A DNA stretch of 63,297 bases, the filler included. It is 7 parts of 7 records of this genome, joined end to end, with 100 filler letters (N's around TTAATTAATTAA, not from the genome) between each part and the next. Parts side by side here need not be neighbours in the genome. Positions count along the whole stretch, not along the records: positions 41,843 to 44,118 come from SRR11831585_790; positions 44,219 to 59,763 come from SRR11831585_791; 5 more parts are not named here. One strand, written 5' to 3'. This document shows, piece by piece, positions 42,411 to 51,333 of the stretch (its first letter is position 1; the number at the start of each line of letters is the position of its first letter). Under the pieces are notes generated by a model. The model saw only the letters and a program-made list of their open reading frames with translations. It did not search any database and was not told where the DNA came from. The translations under genes were made by a program, and so were the position numbers.

Positions 42411-42701
42411 TTAAGCGGCCATCTTGTGGGACTGCTTCTGAGAGGACCGCAGCTTCCGCGACTCCTCGAGCTTCTTGAGGAACTTGGTATCTGCCTCACG
42501 CACTTGGGTGCGCAGGCTCTTGCGAGAGGGGTCGTTCCATCGAAGGCGGAACAGCTTCTGCTCATACTGTAGGGCGACATTAAGTTTCAACTTACATTCA
42601 TGAAGAGTCAAAATCCCTCATACATCAAGCTTAGTGCCAAAGAGGTTGTTCAGTTCCTTGTGGATAGACTCCAGCTTCTGGCTGCTCTGATCTGCGGACA
42701 T
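42411..42701 (-). CDS. two-exon eukaryotic hypothetical protein, 77 aa (exons 42701-42624 and 42566-42411)
   Basis: 57-nt intron GTATGA...CTACAG with an in-frame stop; spliced product MSADQSSQKLESIHKELNNLFGTKLD|YEQKLFRLRWNDPSRK...HKMAA*; AAAATG context. Confidence 0.65.
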
Positions 42702-43623
42702 TTTGGGTTGAGGTGGTGAAGGTACTCGGTTTTAAAGTAGAATGAAACGATCACAGTTCAGTGCGACTTTATGTGCGAAGTACGACGCGATGAGGTCAGT
42801 GTCTGACGTTGGCGTGCGTTGACGTGGAAACGTCTACGAGATTGATATGTGACGGAAGGATGGGTCGCGTGACGTACATTCACACGACGTACGGGTGCGC
42901 GTTGACAGGATGATGGGCTGCGCTGTTTTGAGGTGACATGCATATGGGGTTGCGTCGTAACTTGAAAACTCGGTCCCAACCACCATCGTGGGCACTGGAA
43001 CGGGAGTTTCTGGACCACTCTCCATGAAACAGTTACACTGTGCAGTATGGTAATGTGTGCACACGTTTGGAAGTGTTAGTACGATGTGGTACTTCAACAC
43101 ATTTGGCGAAGATCGTACTATCTACAGCACCTGTCAAAGTGGGATTCTTGAGTAAAATTTCTGCTCCGTAATGCAGTGTCCATCAACCAATGTGCCGTCA
43201 CTTCGCATCCCACCCAAGTCGTCGAAGGTGTACGAGTGTGTAACTCTTACCGTTTGATTGCGTCGAAAACCCTGGATGGACAGGAAGTTATGAACTTGAA
43301 TTTTTTTAAAAGATTTTGACGGACAGACAGCGGTGGAACTTTTCCGAATCGGCTCCATGCACTTTTTATCGACCCTCTGCACTAGCTAAATAACATAGCT
43401 GAAACTATTTGTAACACGGGGTAAGGGCGGTCTCGAGCTCGTAACAACAACTGTAATTCATCGTATGGCTCTCGAACCGTATACTGTACACACACACGCG
43501 CCCACCGCCCACCGCCGCAGCTGCCGTCCCGTCTACCAAGCGCGGCACACCACTGCCACAGGGTCACACAGTCTCTCACACGCACACGCATAGGCCCACG
43601 CCCACTACGTGCTTCGCATCGTG

Positions 43624-44063
43624 TTAGAAGGGCGCCTCTCGTGAGCCCCCGCCCGCATAGCCCTCGGGAGTGGCCCAGGCCTCGTCGTCGTCGGCCATCT
43701 CACCGCCACCATCATCCTCCGCACTCAGACGATCGTACTCCACACGTGCAAACCGGTCCCAGTCCCTGCACGCACAGACAGAGGGAGGGAGATCAGACAG
43801 AGACGAGATAAATGGGAAGGAACACATGGATAGCAACACACTGCATACGTATCAAACTCATGGCACACTGCAAAACAGAGAGAGAAAGAGAGACGACGTA
43901 CGACTCGGCATCCTCGCCGCGCGACAGGAAGGGGTCCTTCTGCTCCATGGCGGTGAACTTGTTCAGGTTGAACAGCACATTGAAAAAGTTGCTGGCCATC
44001 TGACACCGTTTCAGGTCCCGAAGCGTTATCCGCTGCCGGTCGTTGGGCTTAATCATGTCCAGC
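43624..44063 (-). CDS. PP2A regulatory subunit B'' (PR72 family), last two exons (44063-43902 and 43765-43624)
   Basis: LDMIKP...ITLRDLKRC...FFNVLFNLNKF...EQKDPF...S|DWDRFARVEYDRLSAE...EAPF*; removing the 136-nt GTACGT...TGCAG intron restores frame. Confidence 0.85.
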
Positions 44064-44087
44064 CTGTGCGCGTGCCCGTGAGACCAT

Positions 44088-44118
44088 GCACACACGCACA
44101 CACACACACACACGCGCG
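44088..44118. repeat. (CA)n microsatellite in intron at contig end
   Basis: GCACACACGCACACACACACACACACGCGCG. Confidence 0.85.
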
Positions 44119-44218
44119 NNNNNNNNNNNNNNNNNNNNNNNNNNNNNNNNNNNNNNNNNNNNTTAATTAATTAANNNNNNNNNNNNNNNNNNNNNNNNNN
44201 NNNNNNNNNNNNNNNNNN
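44119..44218. other. artificial contig linker 5
   Basis: N44-TTAATTAATTAA-N44. Confidence 0.99.
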
Positions 44219-44246
44219 GCGGCGCGAGCGCCTTATCCGGCCTACG
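44219..44246. repeat. truncated REP at contig start
   Basis: GCGGCGCGAGCGCCTTATCCGGCCTACG. Confidence 0.85.
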
Positions 44247-44249
44247 GGC

Positions 44250-47200
44250 TTACTCGGCAGACATCTTATGCTCGGTAACCTGATTAATGGTTTCCGGTCC
44301 CTGTTCCGGTTTCGGCAGATCGAGTGACGCGAGCGTGTTGTAAGCCGACTGGCTCACACCGCCCTCGAAGCTCATCTCGCTCGCCCCCGGCAGCTGGTAA
44401 GCATTCGCGCCCGGATTCCATTTCTTAAAGAACTCCGAAAGATCCGTCTGGGCGACCCAGGAGGCACACAGCATCAGCGTGTCCGCTGCGTTACCGTTGG
44501 ATTCAGCACAGTAATTCTTGCCGCCAAACTTGTCATTGCTGACCTCATCGCCGCGTGCTTTACGATGCATCAACTGGAACAGGTTCCAGCCTTTCATCCC
44601 TTCACGCTCGCTGTAAAACTCTGGCAGAGGAGTGCCATCTGGATACCATTTCTTGATATCAAAGTTTTTCTCTGCCCATTCCTTCAGCTGTGCGTACATC
44701 AGCAGACGGTCACCCGCACCGCCGCGTGCCCATGCCTGGTTGTTGCTCTCCTCCAGATATTCCGGTGCGACGGTAATATCGTCAGCGACACGGTTCATCT
44801 TGCCGAGATAACGATCCTGCATGTACAGCGCCAGCACGTTGTTAGCGACTTCAGTTGCACCCGGTACAGTCAACGGCGTTTCTGCGGCGTTATGACCGAC
44901 TTCATGCCAGATCAGCCAGTCGTTCAGCGGCGTCGTCGGCAGCGTGGTGCTGTTCGGCGAGAAGCTGCTGTTCATTACCGGATAACCCGAATGCGCATCA
45001 CCGATGGAGATCTGCACATCGTTGGTGAAACGATGTTTGTGGCCCGGCAAGTTTTTATAGGTAAACATCCGGTGCTTACCGTCTTCGCTATCACGGCCGT
45101 AGAAGTCATTCATCGAGCTGGCAAAGGTATCCAGATCGTTAGCGAATTGCTCCAGTCCGCCAGTGTAATTGCTGGCATTCAGGTTCTTCTTCGGTGTGGT
45201 ATAGACGAAAGCGTCTGATTCCAGCTCACCCAGCGGAGCCGGTGAGTTCAGATCGTTTTTCCATGCGCCGTCTTTATAGAACGGTGCTTTTACCACGCCA
45301 GTAAAGGTGAAGCTGGCAGATTCATTGGTAGAGCTATTGCCCTTGATATAAATCAGGCCACCGTAAGGCACCTTGAACTTCACCGTACCGCTAGCGTCCA
45401 GAGAGTACGTTTTAGTCACTCTTGGCGGACGGTTCAGCGCAACTTCATGCTTCTCACGTCCGGTCAGGTCGTCAGCCAGCGCCACGGTGACGGTCACAGG
45501 AACGTTCGCATTGGACTTAATGGTGACCTCTTTCTGAGCCGGTGCCCACAGGCCAGTTGACTGCATGTTACCTGCAAACCATTTGGTCGGATTCGAGTAC
45601 AGGCTGATGGTTTCAGTAACGTTCTGTCCCTCTTCCGATACTGCTCCCGGATACTTCTCGACATCAACTTTGATGTTCAGATCCCACCAGGAACGGCCCA
45701 GCATCAGGCGTGTCAGCGGTTTTTCCATATAGTTGAGCGGGTAGCTCGGGTTCATCATGCCCGCTTTGCTGCTACCGTCACCGTAGATCATGTTGTTATC
45801 GACCAGCGATTTTTTCAGATCTGCAGAACACTTGGTGCCGCCTGCATAGGCATCATTGGCGTAGCAGTTCAGGAACTCGGTGAACGTTTTAAAGCCCAGC
45901 TCGTCATTTTTGCCTTCTTCATAACGATAGCTCGTATCGTTCCACAGCCAGACCGACATGTTCTGGTACAGACGTTCCAGATCGACGCTGCTCAGACGCT
46001 CACCTTTGCGACCATTGGTCCGGAAGTAGAGCTCATGCTGATACAGACGCTGAATGTTGGTGCCTAAATCCGCAGCCTGCACCATCGCTTTTGCAGTGTC
46101 GGCGTTAAGGCTTAGTTGCGTATACTGTGGAACATACATGCCACCAGTAACCGGAACCCCCGTGCCAGGACGATATTCCAGGCAGTTGACCTCATAGTGA
46201 TATGCCGGATTAGTACACTCTTTCAGCCCCGGGAACGCGGCGAAAATTTTCTCCTTCGCAGCCTTCAGAGAATCCTCTGTTTTATGATCGGCCTCATCAA
46301 TAAAGGCATAACGCGTTTCCTGTTTGCCATCTACATCTTCCAGCCAGCTGGCAACTTCCAGCTTCGGTTTGTCATCAGGTTTGTTTTCTACCTGATATTT
46401 CCACTTAACTTCCCCTGTCTTACTATCGATGGTGTACGGCAGCGCACCATCTACGGCAGGATAACGTTCATAGACCCAAATGCCCGTTGCGCGCTGCTGA
46501 CGAACGCGGTTCGGATACCCTTGCGGATCGTTATTTACTACCGACTTGTTCAGTGCCATCGACAGACCTGCGGCATCCAACAGACGCACAAAACCAGACG
46601 CGCTCTCTTCCTTAAGATTGCTCATCACGTTTTCCATGATCAGCACCGATCCACCTTTGTTCAGATAGGCGATCAGATCGGTCACATCCTGCTGAGTCAG
46701 CTTCGGTTTGCTGGTATCTGCACGCAGCGGGATTGCATAAGGATCGTTACCCACCTGAGTCACATATTCAAAGCCGTTAAGGATCAGCAGCGGCATTTCC
46801 TGCGGATCGAGATCGCCATAGCTACTTAAATGCTCAACAGAGATGCCCGCAAAATCCGGATGGAAGTCGAACGCAGCGCTGTTTCCTGTAACCTGACCAT
46901 GACGTTTAAAATAGACAGTATCCAGGTTGGTGCCTACGGTCATGCTGGCTTTCGCGTCCGGCTTCCATTTATCGTCGGACAGATAGCGCAGCACGTTCTC
47001 CATGAAGTTCTTCATGTCATCCGGGTCGCTGTTGAGCGTACACTGCCCATCTTTATTAACGCCCCCGTTCCAGCTGTAACCGTTCGGGCAACGCAAAATG
47101 CTGTTGTAGTGTGGGTTACCGATAACCATCAGTTTGCCCTCACCGACTTGCCCCAGCGAAATAAACGGCAGGTTAAAGGTGGCGGTATCGCGCGTAACGT

Positions 47201-48812
47201 TTTCCGGCTCAACAAGAGAAGGCGCTTCCGTAATGTACGCCAGCTCGTTTTTATCCCAGGCGCGTTTTTCGCCGAAGGCCAGCCAGTAGTTTTTATCATT
47301 ACGCGCCATCAGAATCGGGAAGGCCGCGTTGGAGATATTCACCACCGCCTGACCGCGCGCATTACCCGTGCTGCCATAGAAGTTGGTGGAGTCATGGAAT
47401 ACATGGAACTTGCTGACAGATTTGTAGTTCGTATCCACGCCCCACAGCTTGTTGATAACGCCCTGAATCTGGCCGTCATTAACATTGCGCGTCGTCAGCG
47501 AGAACCAGCGAGCCTCGTTACAACCATCGGTTTTCGCACAAATCGCGGTATCGATCTCTTTGGCCTGACCCGTATTAAACTGCTCAATAAATTCGTTAGG
47601 CAGATTAACGACTTGCTCACCTTCCCCCAGCGTCGCACCGTTGGATAACGAGAGATTGATAATCTCGTTGATCACGTTGGGATATTCGGCAAAGACCTTG
47701 CGTACATCGTCCGGAACAACACGGGTATTATTTTGCCCGGTCGTCGAATAGCGATGAATAAGCTGATCAATATTCGCCCCGCGAACTTCATCACCCAGTT
47801 CAGTCAGCGCAATGGTCGACTTATTGCCGCGCACTGAACCCAGTTCAAAGGTATCGATACCAAAGGAGATGGTTTCGCCCCAGCTAAAGGAAAATTCACC
47901 ATTTTCCCCTGTCACGCCACGGCCTGAATTGGTGTAGTAGTTGACGCCAGCAACACCATATCCCTGGCTATCGACCAGTCGACCTTCAGAGAGAATGATT
48001 TCAGTGGGTTGATACTGATAAAACTGTTCCGCGTTAGCCGACACGAAGGAAGCGTTCAGATCCGGTTTTGTTCCCGGCGTGGTGACGGGCACGACCGGTG
48101 AAGTATGAGTGGATGGCGCTTTATCGGTCGCAGCATTGTTTTCCACCTCTTCATTGACCAGCTTTTTGAACTCTTCCGGTGCCAGATCGATTTGCTTATA
48201 CAGCGAGTCGAAGCGTTTACTCTCGATCACCGAGGAGAACGTCAGACAAACCTGTTCTGTATTCGCCGGACAGCTGTTACTGGACGTTACCAGCGAAACC
48301 GCATTGCTTTTCTTGTCATCGGAGCCCGCCAGTTCTTGCGCGTCCTCAAGGCTAAACGACACTTTTTCAACCGCACGCAAGCTACGCGCAGCTTCTGACT
48401 GAGTGTTGAAGGTGGCAATTGTCGTGTTACCCGCCACGCAAGTAACGTCCTCGCCAGGTTTAAATGTAAAGCCATCGCTGGATTCACCATTACAGGTAGC
48501 ACCAGTTACCCGCTGGCTTCCGCCCAGGGTCAGATAACCCGTTTTCGTAGGAACAGGTTCTGGCTCCGGTTCTGGTGTTGGTTCAGGATCAGGTATCGGT
48601 TCTGGCGTAGGCTCTGGGTCCGGCGTTGGCTCAGGCGTCGGCTCCGGGTTTGGTGTTGGATCAGGTTTCACTTCCGGCAAAGACCCTGTTCCAGAATCTA
48701 CAGGCGGCGTATCGGAGGAAGATCCGGAACCACCGCCATCACAACCGGCTAACAGGGTTGCGCTCAAAATAGCCGCTAAAAGCGATTTCTTATATTTAAA
48801 TTTCTTATTCAT
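44250..48812 (-). CDS. yghJ: lipoprotein M60-like metalloprotease YghJ (SslE/AcfD)
   Basis: lipobox LLAGC, Pro-rich linker, HEVGH(x8)..E zinc motif; start MNKKFKY (1520 aa). Confidence 0.95.
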   Translation of the reverse strand: MNKKFKYKKSLLAAILSATLLAGCDGGGSGSSSDTPPVDSGTGSLPEVKPDPTPNPEPTPEPTPDPEPTPEPIPDPEPTPEPEPEPVPTKTGYLTLGGSQRVTGATCNGESSDGFTFKPGEDVTCVAGNTTIATFNTQSEAARSLRAVEKVSFSLEDAQELAGSDDKKSNAVSLVTSSNSCPANTEQVCLTFSSVIESKRFDSLYKQIDLAPEEFKKLVNEEVENNAATDKAPSTHTSPVVPVTTPGTKPDLNASFVSANAEQFYQYQPTEIILSEGRLVDSQGYGVAGVNYYTNSGRGVTGENGEFSFSWGETISFGIDTFELGSVRGNKSTIALTELGDEVRGANIDQLIHRYSTTGQNNTRVVPDDVRKVFAEYPNVINEIINLSLSNGATLGEGEQVVNLPNEFIEQFNTGQAKEIDTAICAKTDGCNEARWFSLTTRNVNDGQIQGVINKLWGVDTNYKSVSKFHVFHDSTNFYGSTGNARGQAVVNISNAAFPILMARNDKNYWLAFGEKRAWDKNELAYITEAPSLVEPENVTRDTATFNLPFISLGQVGEGKLMVIGNPHYNSILRCPNGYSWNGGVNKDGQCTLNSDPDDMKNFMENVLRYLSDDKWKPDAKASMTVGTNLDTVYFKRHGQVTGNSAAFDFHPDFAGISVEHLSSYGDLDPQEMPLLILNGFEYVTQVGNDPYAIPLRADTSKPKLTQQDVTDLIAYLNKGGSVLIMENVMSNLKEESASGFVRLLDAAGLSMALNKSVVNNDPQGYPNRVRQQRATGIWVYERYPAVDGALPYTIDSKTGEVKWKYQVENKPDDKPKLEVASWLEDVDGKQETRYAFIDEADHKTEDSLKAAKEKIFAAFPGLKECTNPAYHYEVNCLEYRPGTGVPVTGGMYVPQYTQLSLNADTAKAMVQAADLGTNIQRLYQHELYFRTNGRKGERLSSVDLERLYQNMSVWLWNDTSYRYEEGKNDELGFKTFTEFLNCYANDAYAGGTKCSADLKKSLVDNNMIYGDGSSKAGMMNPSYPLNYMEKPLTRLMLGRSWWDLNIKVDVEKYPGAVSEEGQNVTETISLYSNPTKWFAGNMQSTGLWAPAQKEVTIKSNANVPVTVTVALADDLTGREKHEVALNRPPRVTKTYSLDASGTVKFKVPYGGLIYIKGNSSTNESASFTFTGVVKAPFYKDGAWKNDLNSPAPLGELESDAFVYTTPKKNLNASNYTGGLEQFANDLDTFASSMNDFYGRDSEDGKHRMFTYKNLPGHKHRFTNDVQISIGDAHSGYPVMNSSFSPNSTTLPTTPLNDWLIWHEVGHNAAETPLTVPGATEVANNVLALYMQDRYLGKMNRVADDITVAPEYLEESNNQAWARGGAGDRLLMYAQLKEWAEKNFDIKKWYPDGTPLPEFYSEREGMKGWNLFQLMHRKARGDEVSNDKFGGKNYCAESNGNAADTLMLCASWVAQTDLSEFFKKWNPGANAYQLPGASEMSFEGGVSQSAYNTLASLDLPKPEQGPETINQVTEHKMSAE
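48552..48665 (-). repeat. coding tandem repeats (PEPTP/PDPEP) in the YghJ N-terminus
   Basis: translation PDPTPNPEPTPEPTPDPEPTPEPIPDPEPTPEPEPEPVP. Confidence 0.85.
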
Positions 48813-48955
48813 TAATAACGCAAGTGACAAAACAATGTTAAAAAATTCGTAACTGGGAGAAATAGTTTTATGCTTTATCTTCTCTAATAACTTCCTCCAT
48901 TCTTAAGAAAACGACATCATTGATAGAAAACAGGTGAAATTTATAAGAATAACCC

Positions 48956-49015
48956 CTATACGATGTCTATCTGGCTATTTTTACGAAATTTCAACAAACA
49001 AAAAATTAACAACAT
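48956..49015 (-). CDS. candidate 19-aa small protein upstream of yghJ
   Basis: MLLIFCLLKFRKNSQIDIV* in AT-rich yghJ leader; ORF presence only. Confidence 0.3.
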   Translation of the reverse strand: MLLIFCLLKFRKNSQIDIV

Positions 49016-49258
49016 TTCACAACGTAACTATATAAATTTGTTGGTAGTTTTAACGATTAAGATTGCAAAAGCAACAGATAGAACGGTGTTTGCTCATCAA
49101 GCGAACATAATTAATACAGACTTGTTTTGCGTGATAAAAAAATAGATGTTCTCACGCTCTTAATTATTTAGCAGGTTATCTGAACGCAAAACATTATTGC
49201 TGCATGGATAATAAAGCGAGAAATGATTTTCAATTAATAAGACAGAATAATGTAAATG

Positions 49259-49290
49259 AAGCCGGATGATATTAACGATCATCCGGCTTT
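49259..49290 (-). terminator. hairpin after glcA
   Basis: AAGCCGGATGAT-attaacg-ATCATCCGGCTT. Confidence 0.7.
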
Positions 49291-49296
49291 ATTGAT

Positions 49297-50979
49297 TTAC
49301 GAGACTAACATCCCGGTAAACACATACGCCTGCAGCAGGGTGATAATGCCGATAACGCTGGCAAAAATCAGACTGTGCTTCACGGTGTAGCGGAACAGTT
49401 CAGATTCTCGGCCCACCATGCCCGTCGCGGCGCAGGCCACGGCGATAGATTGCGGGGAGATCATCTTGCCAGTTACGCCGCCGCTGGTGTTTGCTGCCAC
49501 CAGCAGGGTGTCAGAGACGTTGATTTGCTGCGCCGTGGTCGATTGCAGTGAACCAAACAGGGCGTTAGAGGAGGTGTCCGAGCCGGTAAGGAATACGCCC
49601 AGCCAGCCGAGAAACGGTGAGAAGAACGGGAACATCACGCCTGTACCTGCCAGTACCAGCGCCAGCGTGGTGGACATGCCAGAATAGTTGGTGACGAAGG
49701 CGAACGCCAGCACCATGCCAATCGACAGTATCGGCCACTTCAAGCTAATTAGCGTTTCGGCAAAGACGCCAATACCTTTCTTGATCCCCACACCGAGGAT
49801 GAAGATAGAGATAATCGCCGCAATAAAAATAGCGGTGCCGCCAGCCGAGAGGGGGTCGAATTTAAACACCGCATCCATTGGCGTTGGTTGGGCGACAATG
49901 GGTGCCGCTTTCAACACTTGTTGATGCAAATGAGGGATCTGGAAATTAATCACCAGTGAATAAAACGCGCCGCCCGGAGCAAATAACGCTTTAAACGGCT
50001 TCATGGTCCAGATGGTGACCAGCACCGTTAAGATTAAAAACGGTGACCACGCTCGAATGATTTGCCCCAGACTATATTCTGAAGGCACGGGACCGCCAGA
50101 AGATGGCTTATTTACCACCATCGCACCTGCGGATTGTCCCATGCTGATTGCCGTTTCGGTATTTTTCGGCCGCCAGACTTTAAGGAATAAAGCGAGTGAG
50201 ACGATACTCACCAGCGCCGAAGTAATATCCGGCAGTTCCGGACCAATATAGTTAGAGGTAAAGAACTGAGTGACAGCGAAGCTTCCCCCAGCAACCAGCG
50301 CCGCTGGCCACGTCTCTTTCACCCCTTTCCAGCCGTCCATCATTGCTACCAGCCAGAACGGCACAAGAACCGACAGGAACGGTAACTGACGTCCCGCCAT
50401 TGCGCCAATGTGGAACGGATCGATTCCCGTTACCTGACCGGCGACCAGAATCGGCACGCCCAACGCACCAAACGCCACCGGCGCAATATTGGCAATCAGA
50501 CACAGCCCCGCCGCGTATAACGGTTTGAAGCCCAGGCCCACCAGCAGCGCACCGGTAATCGCCACCGGCGCACCAAAGCCAGCCGCTCCTTCCAGCAACG
50601 CACCAAAGGAGAAACCAATCAGTAACACCTGCAAACGCTGATCGTCGGTGATGGAGATAACCGAGCTGCGGATAATATCGAACTGCCCGCTGGCAACGGT
50701 TAATTTATACAGGAACACCGCCGCGACAATAACCCACGCTATTGGCCATAATCCATAAATAAAGCCATAGCCCGCAGCAGCAAATGCCATATCAATCGGC
50801 ATTTTAAAGGCGAATATTGCAATCAGGATAGATAATATAAGGGTTATTGCTCCAGCGACATGTCCTTTCAGACGTAATACCGCGAGTGCAACGAAGAAGA
50901 ATATTATCGGGATCAGGGCGACCAGAGCGGATAGCCCCAGTCCTCCCATCGGCATATACATTTGGGTCCAGGTAACCAT
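49297..50979 (-). CDS. glcA: glycolate/lactate permease
   Basis: 560 aa LctP family: [26 protein letters not shown]. Confidence 0.95.
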   Translation of the reverse strand: MVTWTQMYMPMGGLGLSALVALIPIIFFFVALAVLRLKGHVAGAITLILSILIAIFAFKMPIDMAFAAAGYGFIYGLWPIAWVIVAAVFLYKLTVASGQFDIIRSSVISITDDQRLQVLLIGFSFGALLEGAAGFGAPVAITGALLVGLGFKPLYAAGLCLIANIAPVAFGALGVPILVAGQVTGIDPFHIGAMAGRQLPFLSVLVPFWLVAMMDGWKGVKETWPAALVAGGSFAVTQFFTSNYIGPELPDITSALVSIVSLALFLKVWRPKNTETAISMGQSAGAMVVNKPSSGGPVPSEYSLGQIIRAWSPFLILTVLVTIWTMKPFKALFAPGGAFYSLVINFQIPHLHQQVLKAAPIVAQPTPMDAVFKFDPLSAGGTAIFIAAIISIFILGVGIKKGIGVFAETLISLKWPILSIGMVLAFAFVTNYSGMSTTLALVLAGTGVMFPFFSPFLGWLGVFLTGSDTSSNALFGSLQSTTAQQINVSDTLLVAANTSGGVTGKMISPQSIAVACAATGMVGRESELFRYTVKHSLIFASVIGIITLLQAYVFTGMLVS

Positions 50980-51293
50980 ATTGTTCAGTCTCTTATTATC
51001 TTTATATGCTTGATATACTTAAGGTTGTAATAAGCAAAAGAGGACTGAACTGTAAAATATAGGCGTTATACTTTACAGCAACAGTACGCCGCTAACGCAA
51101 TTGCTACCTCTGGCATAACAAGTATATCGGGTAAGGGTTTCTGTTCCGCACACGCAGACGCAGAGTATCGTTAAGATGTCCATATTGTTGTTTTAGGCCC
51201 GCTAGTAATGCGCTACGGGTATTTAATATTGTTAAACCCTGATAATCGCTCCGGTTATTTCCGGGATAAATGTACTACCGCAGTTACTATCAT

Positions 51294-51326
51294 AGCCCCG
51301 ACAATAAAACTTGCCGGGGCTTTTTT
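51294..51326. terminator. hairpin after glcB
   Basis: AGCCCCGACAA-taaaac-TTGCCGGGGCT followed by T-run. Confidence 0.6.
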
Positions 51327-51333
51327 GACGCTA

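Larger units (their letters stand above)
41843..44118. other. non-E. coli, eukaryotic contig
   Basis: no bacterial-style genes; GT-AG introns that restore reading frames; CA/GA microsatellites; eukaryote-specific PP2A B'' coding exons. Confidence 0.9.

Noticed and set aside
42758-43591. Minus-strand ORFs of 69-88 aa between the 77-aa gene and the PP2A B'' gene
   Set aside because: No recognisable motifs or convincing splice structure; more likely promoter, intergenic and 3' UTR sequence
41843-44118. Horizontal transfer of eukaryotic DNA into E. coli, or a novel genomic island between malQ and yghJ
   Set aside because: Both sides are artificial linkers; there is no integrase, att site or target duplication; intron-containing genes would not be expressed in E. 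coli
43670-44170. Plus-strand 166-aa ORF and other unspliced ORFs in the eukaryotic contig
   Set aside because: They are antisense to the PP2A B'' exons or read through introns, microsatellites and the linker
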